Positions 14,185-25,439 of a stretch of DNA of 64,000 nucleotides are shown here, piece by piece. The position numbers were made by a program, and so were the translations under genes. A model generated the notes under the pieces. It did no database searches and was not told the origin of the DNA. It was given only the letters and a program-made list of their open reading frames with translations. The stretch's first letter is position 1, and each line of letters starts with the position of its first letter. Origin of the DNA: Podarcis vaucheri (Eukaryota); the NCBI GenBank assembly GCA_965113315.1, contig OZ220371.1; one strand, given 5' to 3'.

Positions 14185-15754
14185 CAGGTGAAACTTGAAA
14201 AATTAGAATATTGTGGAAAAGTTCATTTGTTTCAGTAATTCAACTTAAAAGGTGAAACTAATAAATGAGATAGACTCATGACATGCAAAGCGAGGTATGT
14301 CAAGCCTTTATTTGTTATAATTGTGATGTTTATGGCGTACAGCTGATGAAAACCCTAAATTAACAATCTCAGAAAATTAGAATATTAAATGAAATCAGCA
14401 AAACAAGGACTGCAAATAGAGCAATATTGCACCTCTGAGAAGTAGAAGCATGCGTATATACTCAGTGCTTGGTTTGGGCCCCTTTTGCATCAATTACTGC
14501 CTCAATGTGGCGTGACATGGATGCTATCAGCCCATGGCACTGCTGAGATATTATGGAAGACCAGGAAGCTTCAATAGCAGCCTTCAGCTCTTCTGCATTG
14601 CTCGGTCTCATATCTCTCATCTTTCTCTTGGCAATGCCCCATAGATTCTCTATGGGGTTCATGTCAGGCGGGTTTGCTGGCCAATCAAGCACAGTAATCC
14701 CATGGGCATTGAACCAGGTTTTGGTACTTTTGGCAGTGTGGGCAGGTGACAAAGTCCTACTGGAAAATGAAATCAGCATCCCCATAAAGCTTGTCTGTGG
14801 AAGGAAGCATGAAGTGCTCCAAAATCTGGTAGACGGCAACGTTGACCCTGGACTTAATGAAGCACAGTGCACCAACACCAGCTGATGACATGGCTCCCCA
14901 AATCTATTTTCTGATGAGAGCAGCTTTTGCATCTCATTTGGAAACCAAGGACCCAGAGTCTGGAGGAAGAATGGGGAGGCACACAACGCCAGATGCTTGA
15001 AGTCCAATGTGAAGTTTCCACAGTCTGTGTTGATTTGGGGAGCCATGTCATCAGCCGGTGTTGGTCCACTGTGCTTCATTAAGTCCAGGGTCAATGCAGC
15101 CATCTACCTAAAGATTTTGGAGCACTTCATGCTACCTTCTGCAGACGAGCTTTATGGGGATACTGATTTCATTTTCCAGCAGGACTTTGTCACCTGCCCA
15201 CACTGCCAAAAGTACCAAAACCTGGTTCAATGCCCATGGGATTACTGCGCTTGATTGGCCAGCAAACCCGCCTGACATGAACCCCATAGAGAATCTATGG
15301 GGCATTGCTAAGAGAAAGATGAGAGACATGAGACCGAGCAATGCAGAAGAGCTGAAGGCTGCTATTGAAGCTTCCTGGTCTTCCATAATATCTCAGCAGT
15401 GCCATGGGCTGATAGCATCCATGTCACGCCACATTGAGGCAGTAATTGATGCAAAAAGGGACCAAACCAAGTACTGAGTACATATGCATGCTTCTACTTC
15501 TCAGAGGTAAAATATTGCTCTATTTGCAGTCCTTGTTTTGCTGATTTCATTTAATATTCTAATTTTCTGAGATTGTTAATTTGGGGTTTTCATCAGCTGT
15601 ACGCCATAAACATCACAATTATAACAAATGAAGGCTTGATATACCTCGCTTTGCATGTCATGAGTCTATCTCATTTATTAGTTTCACCTTTTAAGTTGAA
15701 TTACTGAAATAAATGAACTTTTCCACAATATTCTAATTTTTCGAGTTTCACCAG
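14185..15754. mobile_element. Foldback (palindromic) non-autonomous Tc1 element
   Basis: TA on both flanks; termini caggtgaaac...gtttcaccag; 14185-14904 is the reverse complement of 15032-15754 with few mismatches. Confidence 0.93.
14905..15477 (+). pseudogene. Tc1 transposase catalytic (DDE) domain, frameshifted, N-terminus absent
   Basis: FSDES...VWR...IWGAM...FQQD, a +1 frameshift, then PAH...LDWPANPPDMNPIENLW. Confidence 0.9.
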
Positions 15755-16611
15755 TAGCTACCTATCATTTGCAATAAAAAACAAAAAATTCCAAACCCCA
15801 AAATTCGAAAAATACCATGGTGGTGAACAACAAAACTGAAACAAATACAGAATGCATCCTAAAACAACAGATCAGTATACTACATAAGCATAGCTAGATC
15901 TCCCTGCAGAAAAAACCCCTGGGTGAAAAACAGGGTTGGGAAAAATTCATTTCCTGTTTAATATAGCCATTGGCTGCTGCATATGGCTGCTTGACCACTG
16001 TGCTACAGTTTTTTCCCTACCTGCTACACCAGTGGTGGCTTCATCTCTGACCCTCCAGATGTTGACAACATGGACGTACTGGCCAAACCAATCCAGTGCT
16101 GCTGCTTGTGGTCAAACCCCAGCCCCACTACCAGTGGCAGATCTTGCAGTCTCAAATTTCAACAGTGCCCAGTGTAATGCCAGAATTTGGTGCACACCCC
16201 TAGCTCTTGTCTTCTACACTACATAATAGTTATGGTGCCCCTGAAACTCCATGCACAGTGTGACCAAACTGGTTGCACTTCCCCATATCTGCCTCTGCCA
16301 CTACCCTGCTCTGCCCCAGCCCTGCCCAGGTAGGCTGCATCAGCCCCAGAGATGGGAGGGTAGCTCCACAGCTCTGCCCCACCACACTGGCCACTACTGT
16401 TTGGATACTACAACTCCCATCATCTCTGACCATTGGCCATACTGGCTAAAGGCAGCCCTGAGGGCACAAGTGAGCCACCCTTGTTCAGAACTATCTGATA
16501 GTATAGAAAATAGGCTAACTTGGCAAATGAATCACAGAAGCTAGATTCTTTCTGAAGTACAGCTTTTCATCAAATGCACCAAGAACAAGAGATAGCATTG
16601 CAATGGCAGAC

Positions 16612-17303
16612 TGTCCTGAACCCCAGTCCTGCCTGACAGCAAGTCAGTATGCCAATTCCAAACTTCAAAATCCAGGGGTCAATACACACAAGCAAAGTTC
16701 AAAACCCAAAGGTCAGGAAACACAGTCCAGAGTCAATTTAAGTAGCCCAGTTTAAAGTCTAGCAGTTGGGATACAGTCCAGAGTCAGACCCGAAGCACAG
16801 TCCTATAGAGTATCCTAGTCAAGGTCCATCAACACAGGCAGTTAAGCAGACCCAGCACTTCAGCTCTGCTTCCCTTTCGTACTTTGCCTGGCGATTGCAG
16901 CATCTGGGCTCGATGAGGCATGGGACTCTCACCTGTTCCAAGCCTACTCCAGCTGAGGAATCACACAGCTCCTCCCAGAGCTAGTGAGCCCCACCTGGCC
17001 AGCTAAAGAGCTGGACTGTGAGCCCTTGCCTCCTTCAACCTCCTGTAGTGCCCCTCCTGCTATTCCCTATGCCTCAGAGCCCGCTGTCTGCTGTAGACAG
17101 GGGTCCCTCTGGCTCTTGTGGTGGGTCCTGCAGTTCTGGTTCCTGTGCACTGACCCCCATCCCTTTGCCATCCTCCATCACCCTTTGAATACTCCCTTCC
17201 CCATTCCCTGCTTGCCACAGTATTTCCAAGACCCAGATACACCCCCTCACCAGGATCTTCTTCTTCCTCTTCCTCCTCCCTGTCATCCTGCCAGTTCACG
17301 ACA
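16612..17303. mobile_element. Solo LTR (probably Ty3/Gypsy-like)
   Basis: TG...CA ends with short imperfect inverted termini tgtcctgaac / gttcacgaca; 5-bp TSD cagac (16607-16611, 17304-17308). Confidence 0.75.
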
Positions 17304-18334
17304 CAGACTTTCTCCTCCACACTATGTGCCTTTCAGTGTGAGCTTGTAATGTACTGTATGCACATAGGCACATTGCATAAGCACAGTGTAGATGTGTGTT
17401 GGGAATGGGGCAAAGTGAGTCATAGCTATCATAGCTGGGGCTTGACATTCTCAGGAACAAGTGGATAGTACCACAACCAAATGGCAAGCAACATGTGACT
17501 AATAATAATTAATAATAGTAATAATAGATTACTGCTTCTAACAATAAGCCTCACCAGCAGTGTAGGTAGGCACAGTCAAAATTTCTGCGCATTTGAGTGC
17601 TGAAACCATATTTGTCTTGGGCATCTGGCAATGTCATTTATTATGTTCACATGGCCTTGCATGCAGTTAAGCATGCACTGTGTATTATTTTATGATGTTT
17701 GAATTGGAATCACACTTTCTGGGTTCAAGTATTCATGCTTTTGCAGATTCTTATGTAAAGCCGGAGAGAGCCTGTTTCCAATTTCATTACCGTTTATCGC
17801 TAATCCAAAATGACTGCAGCGTTACCTACAGTCAGGAAGCTGGATAGGGGCTTGTGTGTTTTGGAGATCTCAGGCTCTTCCCAGGAAGTACTATGAAACT
17901 AGTGATTTGGTTACATGAAGGGAAGGCATAAGTCAATTCGTGGACATGACAGCTGCCTAATCGGCATTTACTTTGCAAACATTTAAGGGGTATCATAGAT
18001 AGATACTGGTTGCCTAACAAGTCCTCGTCCATTTAAGGTCAGCTCTTCCATTCACATGTTTATAAAATGTTGCTCAAATTTCAACAAAACTAAGAACATA
18101 TGATTTCTCTCTCTCTTTCCCCATCCCTGTTACATTTTGCTATGACTGAGTGGGATTAGACTTCAAAATATTATATGAGCCAGTTATTGTCATGCAAACC
18201 AATTAGGATGACTCCAGAACTCTTGGTGTAAGACTCCTAGAATGTGAAGCGACAGATCTTCTGTGACTGAGGGATCTACTTTGATAATGGCATAGAAGTA
18301 TGGGGTGTTAGGGGAGCGGTAGGATCTCTGATGG

Positions 18335-18470
18335 GGAACACCTGGCAAATGGCCATCCAATCTCTGTTTTAAAAAATCCAGTGAAGGCAAGCCCACCACC
18401 TTCTGAAGGAGTCCATTCCACTGTCAAACAGCTATTACCAACAGAAAGCTCATGCTTTCTATCAGAATCT
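18335..18470 (-). mobile_element. CR1-like LINE 3' fragment
   Basis: Minus-strand translation VGLPSLDFLKQRLDGHL resembles the CR1 ORF2 C-terminus. Confidence 0.55.
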
Positions 18471-19962
18471 CCTCTTGCTATGTTTTTTTCTTCTTAGTTA
18501 TCTACCACAAGGTTTTTTTTACAAAACATTTGGACATAACACATTATGAGCTGCAGTTTATTGCTGAGATTTGTTAGGACCTCCCAGACCTATAATTCTC
18601 AGAAGGATTATTGTTAAATCACTTTATTTCAGTGAGGGGAATAGAGGTGTCCTAACAACTCTCAGCTTCCAGTATTTATTTTTTAGGGGGCATGACTGTT
18701 AAAAGTGGTATCATAGTGCTCTGAATGTATGAATGTGGCCTGTGTGTTGCTGATATTAATTGCTTTTATAGTTTTAATAATGTTTTTGATATGCTGTATT
18801 TTATTGATTACATCTGTATACTCACCCACCTCTGGGCTGAAGGGTGGTTTAAAAATAATTAGTGAAATATAACATTCATCATATTCAGAATAGATCCATT
18901 TAAATCAATAGGCTTAAGTAAGTCCATTAATTTCAATAGGCCTACTCTGAGTATTTCTAGTGTTGGATGATGATATATGAAGAACAATAATAACAATGTA
19001 TATATCCTGAACGCAGGTCAGCTTTGAAACATTTTATAATATTATGCATGGAGAGATATTTTAAATGTATACAATATTTTTAAGCAAGTGTCTAAAAACA
19101 CAGAAAACCATATAGGATTTCCATATGGGAATGAATTGCCCCCTTTGTACCCATTTTATTGTTCGCTGCAGATAGTTAAATGACACAGATTGCATTCATT
19201 TTATTTTTCTCCTAAAAACTTAGAGGCATTTTTACAGATCCCAAGCATACAGTTCACCCAATAACTGAACCCTGTCACAGATGTACTGTAACCACAGCGG
19301 AAATGTTTCTCCAGAGTATTTCTGACTACTCCATGTTTTAACACAAGGTCTATGAAAGCTAAAGCAAAAATTATCCCCAGCTTTTCATGACCTTGATCTT
19401 CAGGAATCCATGTCTCTTTATACTTCATTCTGACATCTTTCAGAAGGCTTAGCGCAATGATATCACACATTTTAGCTTACTCAAAAAAACCTCAAAGGCT
19501 AAAATCATATGCACACTTAAGTTGTTTCCAGTCACTATTTTGTGGATGGGATTCAGTCATATACTGGCAAATGTAAGTTGAACAATTAAAGTGGATTTGC
19601 TGCTCTTGTACAACAAACTAGGTAACTTCCTCTCTTATTCTGTGCCTTCTGAACACATTTGAAAGGCAGATTCAGATACAGTGCGTGTCAGGTGTTTCTT
19701 CATGTATAGAAAATTGTGGCCAGATCATTTCTCCAGGAAGGTGCGTCAACTGAAGTTGATGAAAAGTACTATGAGGTATGGGTGTCACTTGAGCCAATCA
19801 ACAATGTGGAATCTTATTTTTAAGTGAAAACTTTCCCATAAATGACAGAACTTCCATTTTTTGATAAACCACCATAATCCAACAGTACTTCTGTTTGTTC
19901 TACTCAGTTTCAGTTTATCACCAAAGGTATTTTATTTCTAGAAGCCAGACTAAAACAGAATT

Positions 19963-20006
<44 letters not shown>
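19963..20006. repeat. Compound (TA)n(GA)n microsatellite
   Basis: Directly visible. Confidence 0.95.
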
Positions 20007-20010
<4 letters not shown>

Positions 20011-22319
20011 TGCCAGGAAGTCAACCACCATCTTGTGTTTTTTATAGGGAAATGTCTCACTGAACATTACAAAAATCAGAAGAACCCAAGTGATGTTTTT
20101 TAAGAGCCTTGCTTTCATTCTCAGCTGTGACAGCACTAATGTCTACAAACAGAAATTGTGTCTGGAGTAGGTAAATAGGAGGCAAGACAAAAGTAAGTGG
20201 GCATGAAGTAGGGCCACATATTATTCAGTTATGATGTCAGTGGAAGGTAAATGCTATGGAAGTAACCCAATTCAACTTGAGCAAGCCACCTTGCTCAGGA
20301 CAAGGGAGTGACTAGATCATAAACGCTTACCTGAGCCCCACTCTTAAGATGAGTCCCAGCCCTGGAACATACAATTCCTGGTGGGTGAGACTAGTTAGTC
20401 CCAAAGGCATTCCATATTCAGCCCCACAGATCACACAGTCCGGAGGGGCTTGCATCTAAATACACCTCTAACCTCCCAAGGTCTACAGATAATGATGTCA
20501 TGACTCCCAGTCTACTACAGGAAAGCCTCATCTGTCCATTCCAATTGCTAATCACAGCTAATGGATACAGAGAATGCTAAACAGGCTAAATGTTATGTAA
20601 GAATTGGTGTAGTACTCTTCTGTAATGTGTTACTGAGTTTTTAACTAATATTTTACTGAGTAGCTACAACCCTGCTGAGGAGTCTAAGGAATAGTCTCAT
20701 CATGCACAGCTTTGCAGATCATATTCTACATGGATGAAAAGTGTGTAAGAGACTTTGGACACACACAATCAGAAACCAACACTGTTAGAGCTCCATGAAA
20801 AAGACATGCACCTCAGAGCTTATAACACTAGTATATGTAGCATATGTACCATTTTAAATATTTCAGTAGCAGCCAATTCCTGTTATTTCCAAGATCTAGA
20901 AAATAATGACAAAAGTAGATGCACATGACGCATACAGTATCAATGAAATACTATGGATAACACTGGTAGGACTGACAAGTAGATGTATTGTCCTGCATCT
21001 AAGCAACCCACTGCGAAGTCTTTACAAAAATGGTGGAAAGCTCTCCATTATTTGAAAGCATCTACCATCTTAAGGGAAATGAAGAGGCAGCACAAGCCCC
21101 CAAACTGGCCTTAACATGCAGCAAATTCACAGCCGGCTGCACAGCAAAGCTGTTTTTGGTTTGGTTTGGTTTTTACATTTTGCAGCCAGAACCATTTTCC
21201 CCCTTTTTATGTTTGAGCAATTATCATCGTTTTCAAAGTAATGGAAATTGATTTGACCATGGAATGGGACAATCTAGTTGCTATGTCACGTGATTGTCAG
21301 CTATGAGAAGATCCACAGTACCAACTTGATTGAAGACTCTTAAGAGACAACAGAGAAAGCATTTCAGTTTACCTTAATAGATGATTTGGTACAGCCCTTG
21401 GGATGCATTGGTAGCACATGTGACTCCAGATGGAAGTCTTTGTGTTGAAATCACACCAGGGTCATGCATCTGCCTTTGGGGAGAGGGCATAGATCAGGAG
21501 TAAAGTACACATTTAGGCTATGGAGGAAACACCTCTGTGTAAAAACCTGGAAAACTCTTGCCTCTTCAAAGTAGACAGTATTGGACTATATGGGCCTGGG
21601 AGACAGCAACTTCCTATGTTCCCAGTCATCTAGATTAGGTCTGAATAAAGGTCAAGAACAGCATTTTACTTTTTAAGATTATCTTCCACAGGCTCTACGT
21701 TATAGAAGTACACAAATCATTCTGGAAACAATTTCATTTTAAAAGTTACATTGAAACTGGCTGTGCAAAGTGCATATATAGGAATGAAAATTTATTTGTA
21801 TGCAAATAGCAATATTGGCACATGTATCTATGTATTGCATTTCTAAAATGAATACATATGTTCCAAATGCAAGTGTATAGGCAGCCATTTTAGGCACAGA
21901 CATGACCTAGCACAGAAATGGCTTCAGAAAAATTGATCGTAAAGTCTGCTAAAGTGCAAATAATTTTGGTTTATGGCTTCCTCTGCTCATCTCTGAGGAA
22001 GAAGAACTCTGAAAATCTGGTGTCCAGGTATGTAAAAGAGAACAGGAAATGATTCTTTATATTTCCTTCTTTCCTAGGCCTCCTTCTTTCCTTCTTTCCC
22101 CATTTTCACCCTCATCCCTTGGATATTTTATACACTATTCATCCTCAGGCATCCTCCTTTAATGCATAGTATCTAATCAAGAAATGAAAAGCCATGAATA
22201 CACTGTATACTTTGACTCAAAACACATTTGCTCAGATGTATGCTCTTTCAATTTTGAATTAGTTCTATTATGATCACAGTCTGTACCACTTTAAATCCAA
22301 GAATTACACTTGACTTGCC

Positions 22320-22322
<3 letters not shown>

Positions 22323-22372
<50 letters not shown>

Positions 22373-22415
22373 TACCGCCCTACACCCGGAGGTCTCAGGG
22401 CGGTTCACAGAACAA
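22323..22415 (-). repeat. (AAT)n microsatellite with adjacent LINE (L2-like) 3' end
   Basis: About 16 AAT units followed by tataccgccct...cagggcggttcaca. Confidence 0.65.
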
Positions 22416-22587
22416 AATCTGTTACTAGCTGGTTCCCTCACCTCCCTGCATTCCTGCTCCAAAGCTTAACTTTCTTTTGGTGTTTGTGGATGGATGACTT
22501 CTCATTGGGTCCCAGTTCAAAATAGGGAAAAGGTCCAACACTTCTCAAAGAGATGGCAGTGTGTGGCAACCCCACCTGCAGGGAAAA

Positions 22588-22796
22588 GCGTGTTCTCCCT
22601 AACAGAGAGTACGTGTTGCGGTTGGGGAACAGGCCGCCCAGCCATGACTAGGCAAATTAATCTGCAACCCTGGCCTTTAGGGTTAATCGGGTTGCTGGGG
22701 GAATATGATTGTTACCAATTTGGAGGAGGAGTCAGAAGTTATAAATAGAAGGGCCAGACGTAGGGACGTCCTCTTGGCCGTTTTGCATCGGATCAC
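22588..22796 (+). repeat. Ngaro split direct repeat A1
   Basis: 209 bp; about 3 mismatches to 35853-36061; contains TATAAATA at ~22740. Confidence 0.92.
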
Positions 22797-22947
22797 ATGG
22801 AGCACTTGGACAATCTTCTCATTGTCTGGTTACATTTCTTTATTTTTTATTTTCCCCCCTTTTTTAAAAATCCTCTCTAGTCCCTTAAATAATTTAATTC
22901 CCCCCTTTATTTCCCCTTTCTTTTTAATCCTCTCTAGTCCCTTAAAT

Positions 22948-23615
22948 TGAAGCCTTATTTACCTAGGGATCCATTAGCCACGCCATCCCCTGGACCTCGG
23001 AGGGAACAAAAGTACCAGGAAAGCAAAAATCTTCTTTGGAGAAAAGAGTTTATTGAAAATCTGTGCACAGAGACAAGGTCTGTACTCAGAGACAACCAGC
23101 TGGATAGTTCCTGAAAATACACTGGCTGTAAAGCAAGTCACTTCAGCACACTTTCTTATACCCGCAGACTTCCCCAATCGGCTAGCAAATATTGCTTGCT
23201 AAACACAAAATATTGCCTGCTAGACATTCCTGTCTTTCTGCTAAGCCAAGCACTCCCTTCCACCTCCTTGTACACGTGTCTTCTTTTGCTAGCTAAGCTT
23301 TCCCTTCGTATCTCTTCCTATTCTTGCATTACTAAGCAGAAGTAAAGCAGGAAACATCTTGCTAGTGGTTTTCTAGTTAACAGCAGTTTCTGGCTAGGCA
23401 GGAAGCGACCTTCTGACCTGTAGCTAACATCAGCAGTTTCAAATAGCTGGTTAGGCAGGAAATGGACTTTTGCCCTGCCAGCCAAATTTAGCACAGTCAC
23501 TGGCGGCGTGCTAACTGTCTGGCCAAAATTTGCAGAAGTTGCAGAAGTAAGATTTCTTAGGTACAGAATACAAAGCACAGAAAATATTGAGAGAAACCTT
23601 TCCCATCTTCCTTTA
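22948..23615 (-). repeat. ERV 3' LTR
   Basis: No difference seen versus 29118-29785; minus-strand TATAAG (~23155-23160) and AATAAA (23049-23054). Confidence 0.95.
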
Positions 23616-23632
23616 CTCCCTCCTCTTCTTTT
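23616..23632 (-). promoter_or_regulatory. Polypurine tract
   Basis: Minus-strand AAAAGAAGAGGAGGGAG directly abuts the 3' LTR. Confidence 0.88.
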
Positions 23633-23642
23633 GAACAATCTA

Positions 23643-23891
23643 TTACTTAGATTCGTTCTGGGGTAGGGGTCTATATTCTCTCATTACAGCAATCACGCGA
23701 GGTCCCACCATATTCTGCAAGCATTGCATCAAGCAGGGAATACAAAAGCAAAGAAGCAATAGAAGCATTATTGGGCCTATTCTTCCCACAAATACGAGCA
23801 TCCATATGACAAGGGCGGTACATATCACTCCTACCCACCAAACCCAATATCTCCATGGTTCCTCCCACCAATATTCAGGGGGTGTGCTCAT
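23643..23891 (-). CDS. 82-aa membrane protein resembling the Env TM anchor and cytoplasmic tail
   Basis: ATG at 23891 (acaATGa); hydrophobic runs, LLLLLCFCIPCLMQCLQ and a YRPL (YxxL) motif; ends just before the PPT, as env does. Confidence 0.6.
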   Translation of the reverse strand: MSTPPEYWWEEPWRYWVWWVGVICTALVIWMLVFVGRIGPIMLLLLLCFCIPCLMQCLQNMVGPRVIAVMREYRPLPQNESK

Positions 23892-24117
23892 TGTTGAAGA
23901 GCCCACTGATATTTGTGCCCGACTACCTGTTGAGCCTCAAGGATGAGAGCCCACCGGTGAGCTGATGCTCCCACTATGTGGGTCAATTTTTCTACTAGCC
24001 CTGTTGGGTGGATTGAACTCTCGTGCTGCCTCCCTAGTGACCAGAACATATGGAAGCTGAAATCCTGGGGTGGCAATTCTTACTGGCACTTGTTTAGTAA
24101 TTTCAATGCACACCTGG

Positions 24118-24525
24118 CTAAGGCTCCCACCCCTGCAATACTTGCATTAAGATAGGTTCTGTCCCATCTATCACCTGGGTTAAGAGTAGGACCTGGTTTA
24201 TCAAATGAGGTTGGTACAGTGCTCTACCTTCCGGATAACAGTTGACTACCCTCCCACAACAGCAAGAGCGGTACAGAACTAGATAGATTTCGATCGTCTC
24301 TGCAGCTTCCCGTAAGTGTACTGTCCACGCGTGCTGGTCAGTGGTGTGGGAGAGGAGCCACAACGGGGTAGTGGGGTGTCTCAATACGGTAATCTCATCA
24401 AACCCCAGTTTCCAATAGCCAAGGAGCACGCCATCTCTTACCACCAGCAAGACGAACCAGTCGTAGCAGAGGCCAGCAGGCCAATAAGGGCGGTATGGTT
24501 CGGTAGGGTCAGGGCAATAAGACAT
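24118..24525 (-). CDS. Unassigned proviral accessory ORF (135 aa, MSYCPDP...QGWEP)
   Basis: Uninterrupted ORF between the pol remnants and the env tail; its ATG is the first one after the acceptor at 24850. Confidence 0.5.
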   Translation of the reverse strand: MSYCPDPTEPYRPYWPAGLCYDWFVLLVVRDGVLLGYWKLGFDEITVLRHPTTPLWLLSHTTDQHAWTVHLREAAETIEIYLVLYRSCCCGRVVNCYPEGRALYQPHLINQVLLLTQVIDGTEPILMQVLQGWEP

Positions 24526-24639
24526 AGAGCAAGTCAATAAAGAATATAAGAGAGAAAAGAGAAAGTCTTTGTAACTGTCCTTGTGATGATTAGTCGTTGC
24601 CCGTGGCCTAACGCTTTTTCCTGGTAGCGTCAGACACAA

Positions 24640-25270
24640 GGTGATGATCAACTTCAGAGGGTCAGCAGGATTTCTTTTGCAAGTCCTGACACCCTTCTTC
24701 AGATGCGTGTGATGTACCCAGGGGATCACCTCGATTACTTTCACTGCAGTTGGGGATGAGGGGGTCGCCAGACGCTGTCACTCAGAGGAACTGGTGAACC
24801 GGCTCAGCGAGACTGCCGCGGGACTGCAGGTGTACGCTCGAGGGAATACCTGGAAAGAAAGCAAACACACACAACAAACACAGGGATTGCACTTGTTCTT
24901 GGGTGATGTGATCTCCCATCTGCCCCAAACTGGCGGGGATGCCTCGGACGAAAGGGGTTGGCCTGCCATATAGAAGTTCACAGGGTGATAGCTCTCAGTC
25001 TCTTGGTTGGCGCACAGGGCACATATTGGGATATAGAATATTCTCCCAAGGTGTGCTTTAGCAGCTGGGCCTCCCAAATGGGTGGACTCGTGGTAATTCT
25101 TTACAATTGTGCTGGCCAGATGTTGGGGCACAAAAACATGGCTGTCTGGTCCTTCCTGGAGCGTTGCTCCTTTTTGGCTGGTCCACTGCTGTTCATCAAG
25201 GGTGTAACGTGGTTCCACATCATCTGGAGTGAGTTCTGGTACCAATATCAAAAGTTCTGGTGGTGCCTCT
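24640..25270 (-). pseudogene. Second, divergent integrase remnant (N-terminal HHCC region and C-terminal tail)
   Basis: PRYT...YHESTHLG...FYIPICALCA, then PTAVKVIEVIPWVHHTHLKK...DPLKL; these parallel motifs of the main integrase. Confidence 0.75.
24848..24880 (-). promoter_or_regulatory. Putative splice acceptor
   Basis: Minus strand tgtgtgtttgctttctttccag|gtatt, with the AG at 24851-24850. Confidence 0.6.
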
Positions 25271-25439
25271 AAATTGGCTGGAGAACAAATGTCTACGTTG
25301 GGGGCGCTGCCTGCGGGCGCCCCTCCCATCCAATTCTTCACCGTGCGTAGAGATATCAGCCTCTGGAGTGATATCAGCAAGGCAGTCGTCACTGGAGGGG
25401 ATCCTCAGGATGCTGAGACACAGTCCAATCTGAAGCAGC

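Noticed and set aside
14462-15103. 213-aa ORF as an intact transposase
   Set aside because: It is a chimera of antisense spacer sequence and the inverted arm; it lacks the DNA-binding domain and the first catalytic motifs.
19737-19775. 39-nt candidate exon (ttctccag|...gag|gtatgg)
   Set aside because: Splice-like signals only; no recognisable peptide or partner exons.
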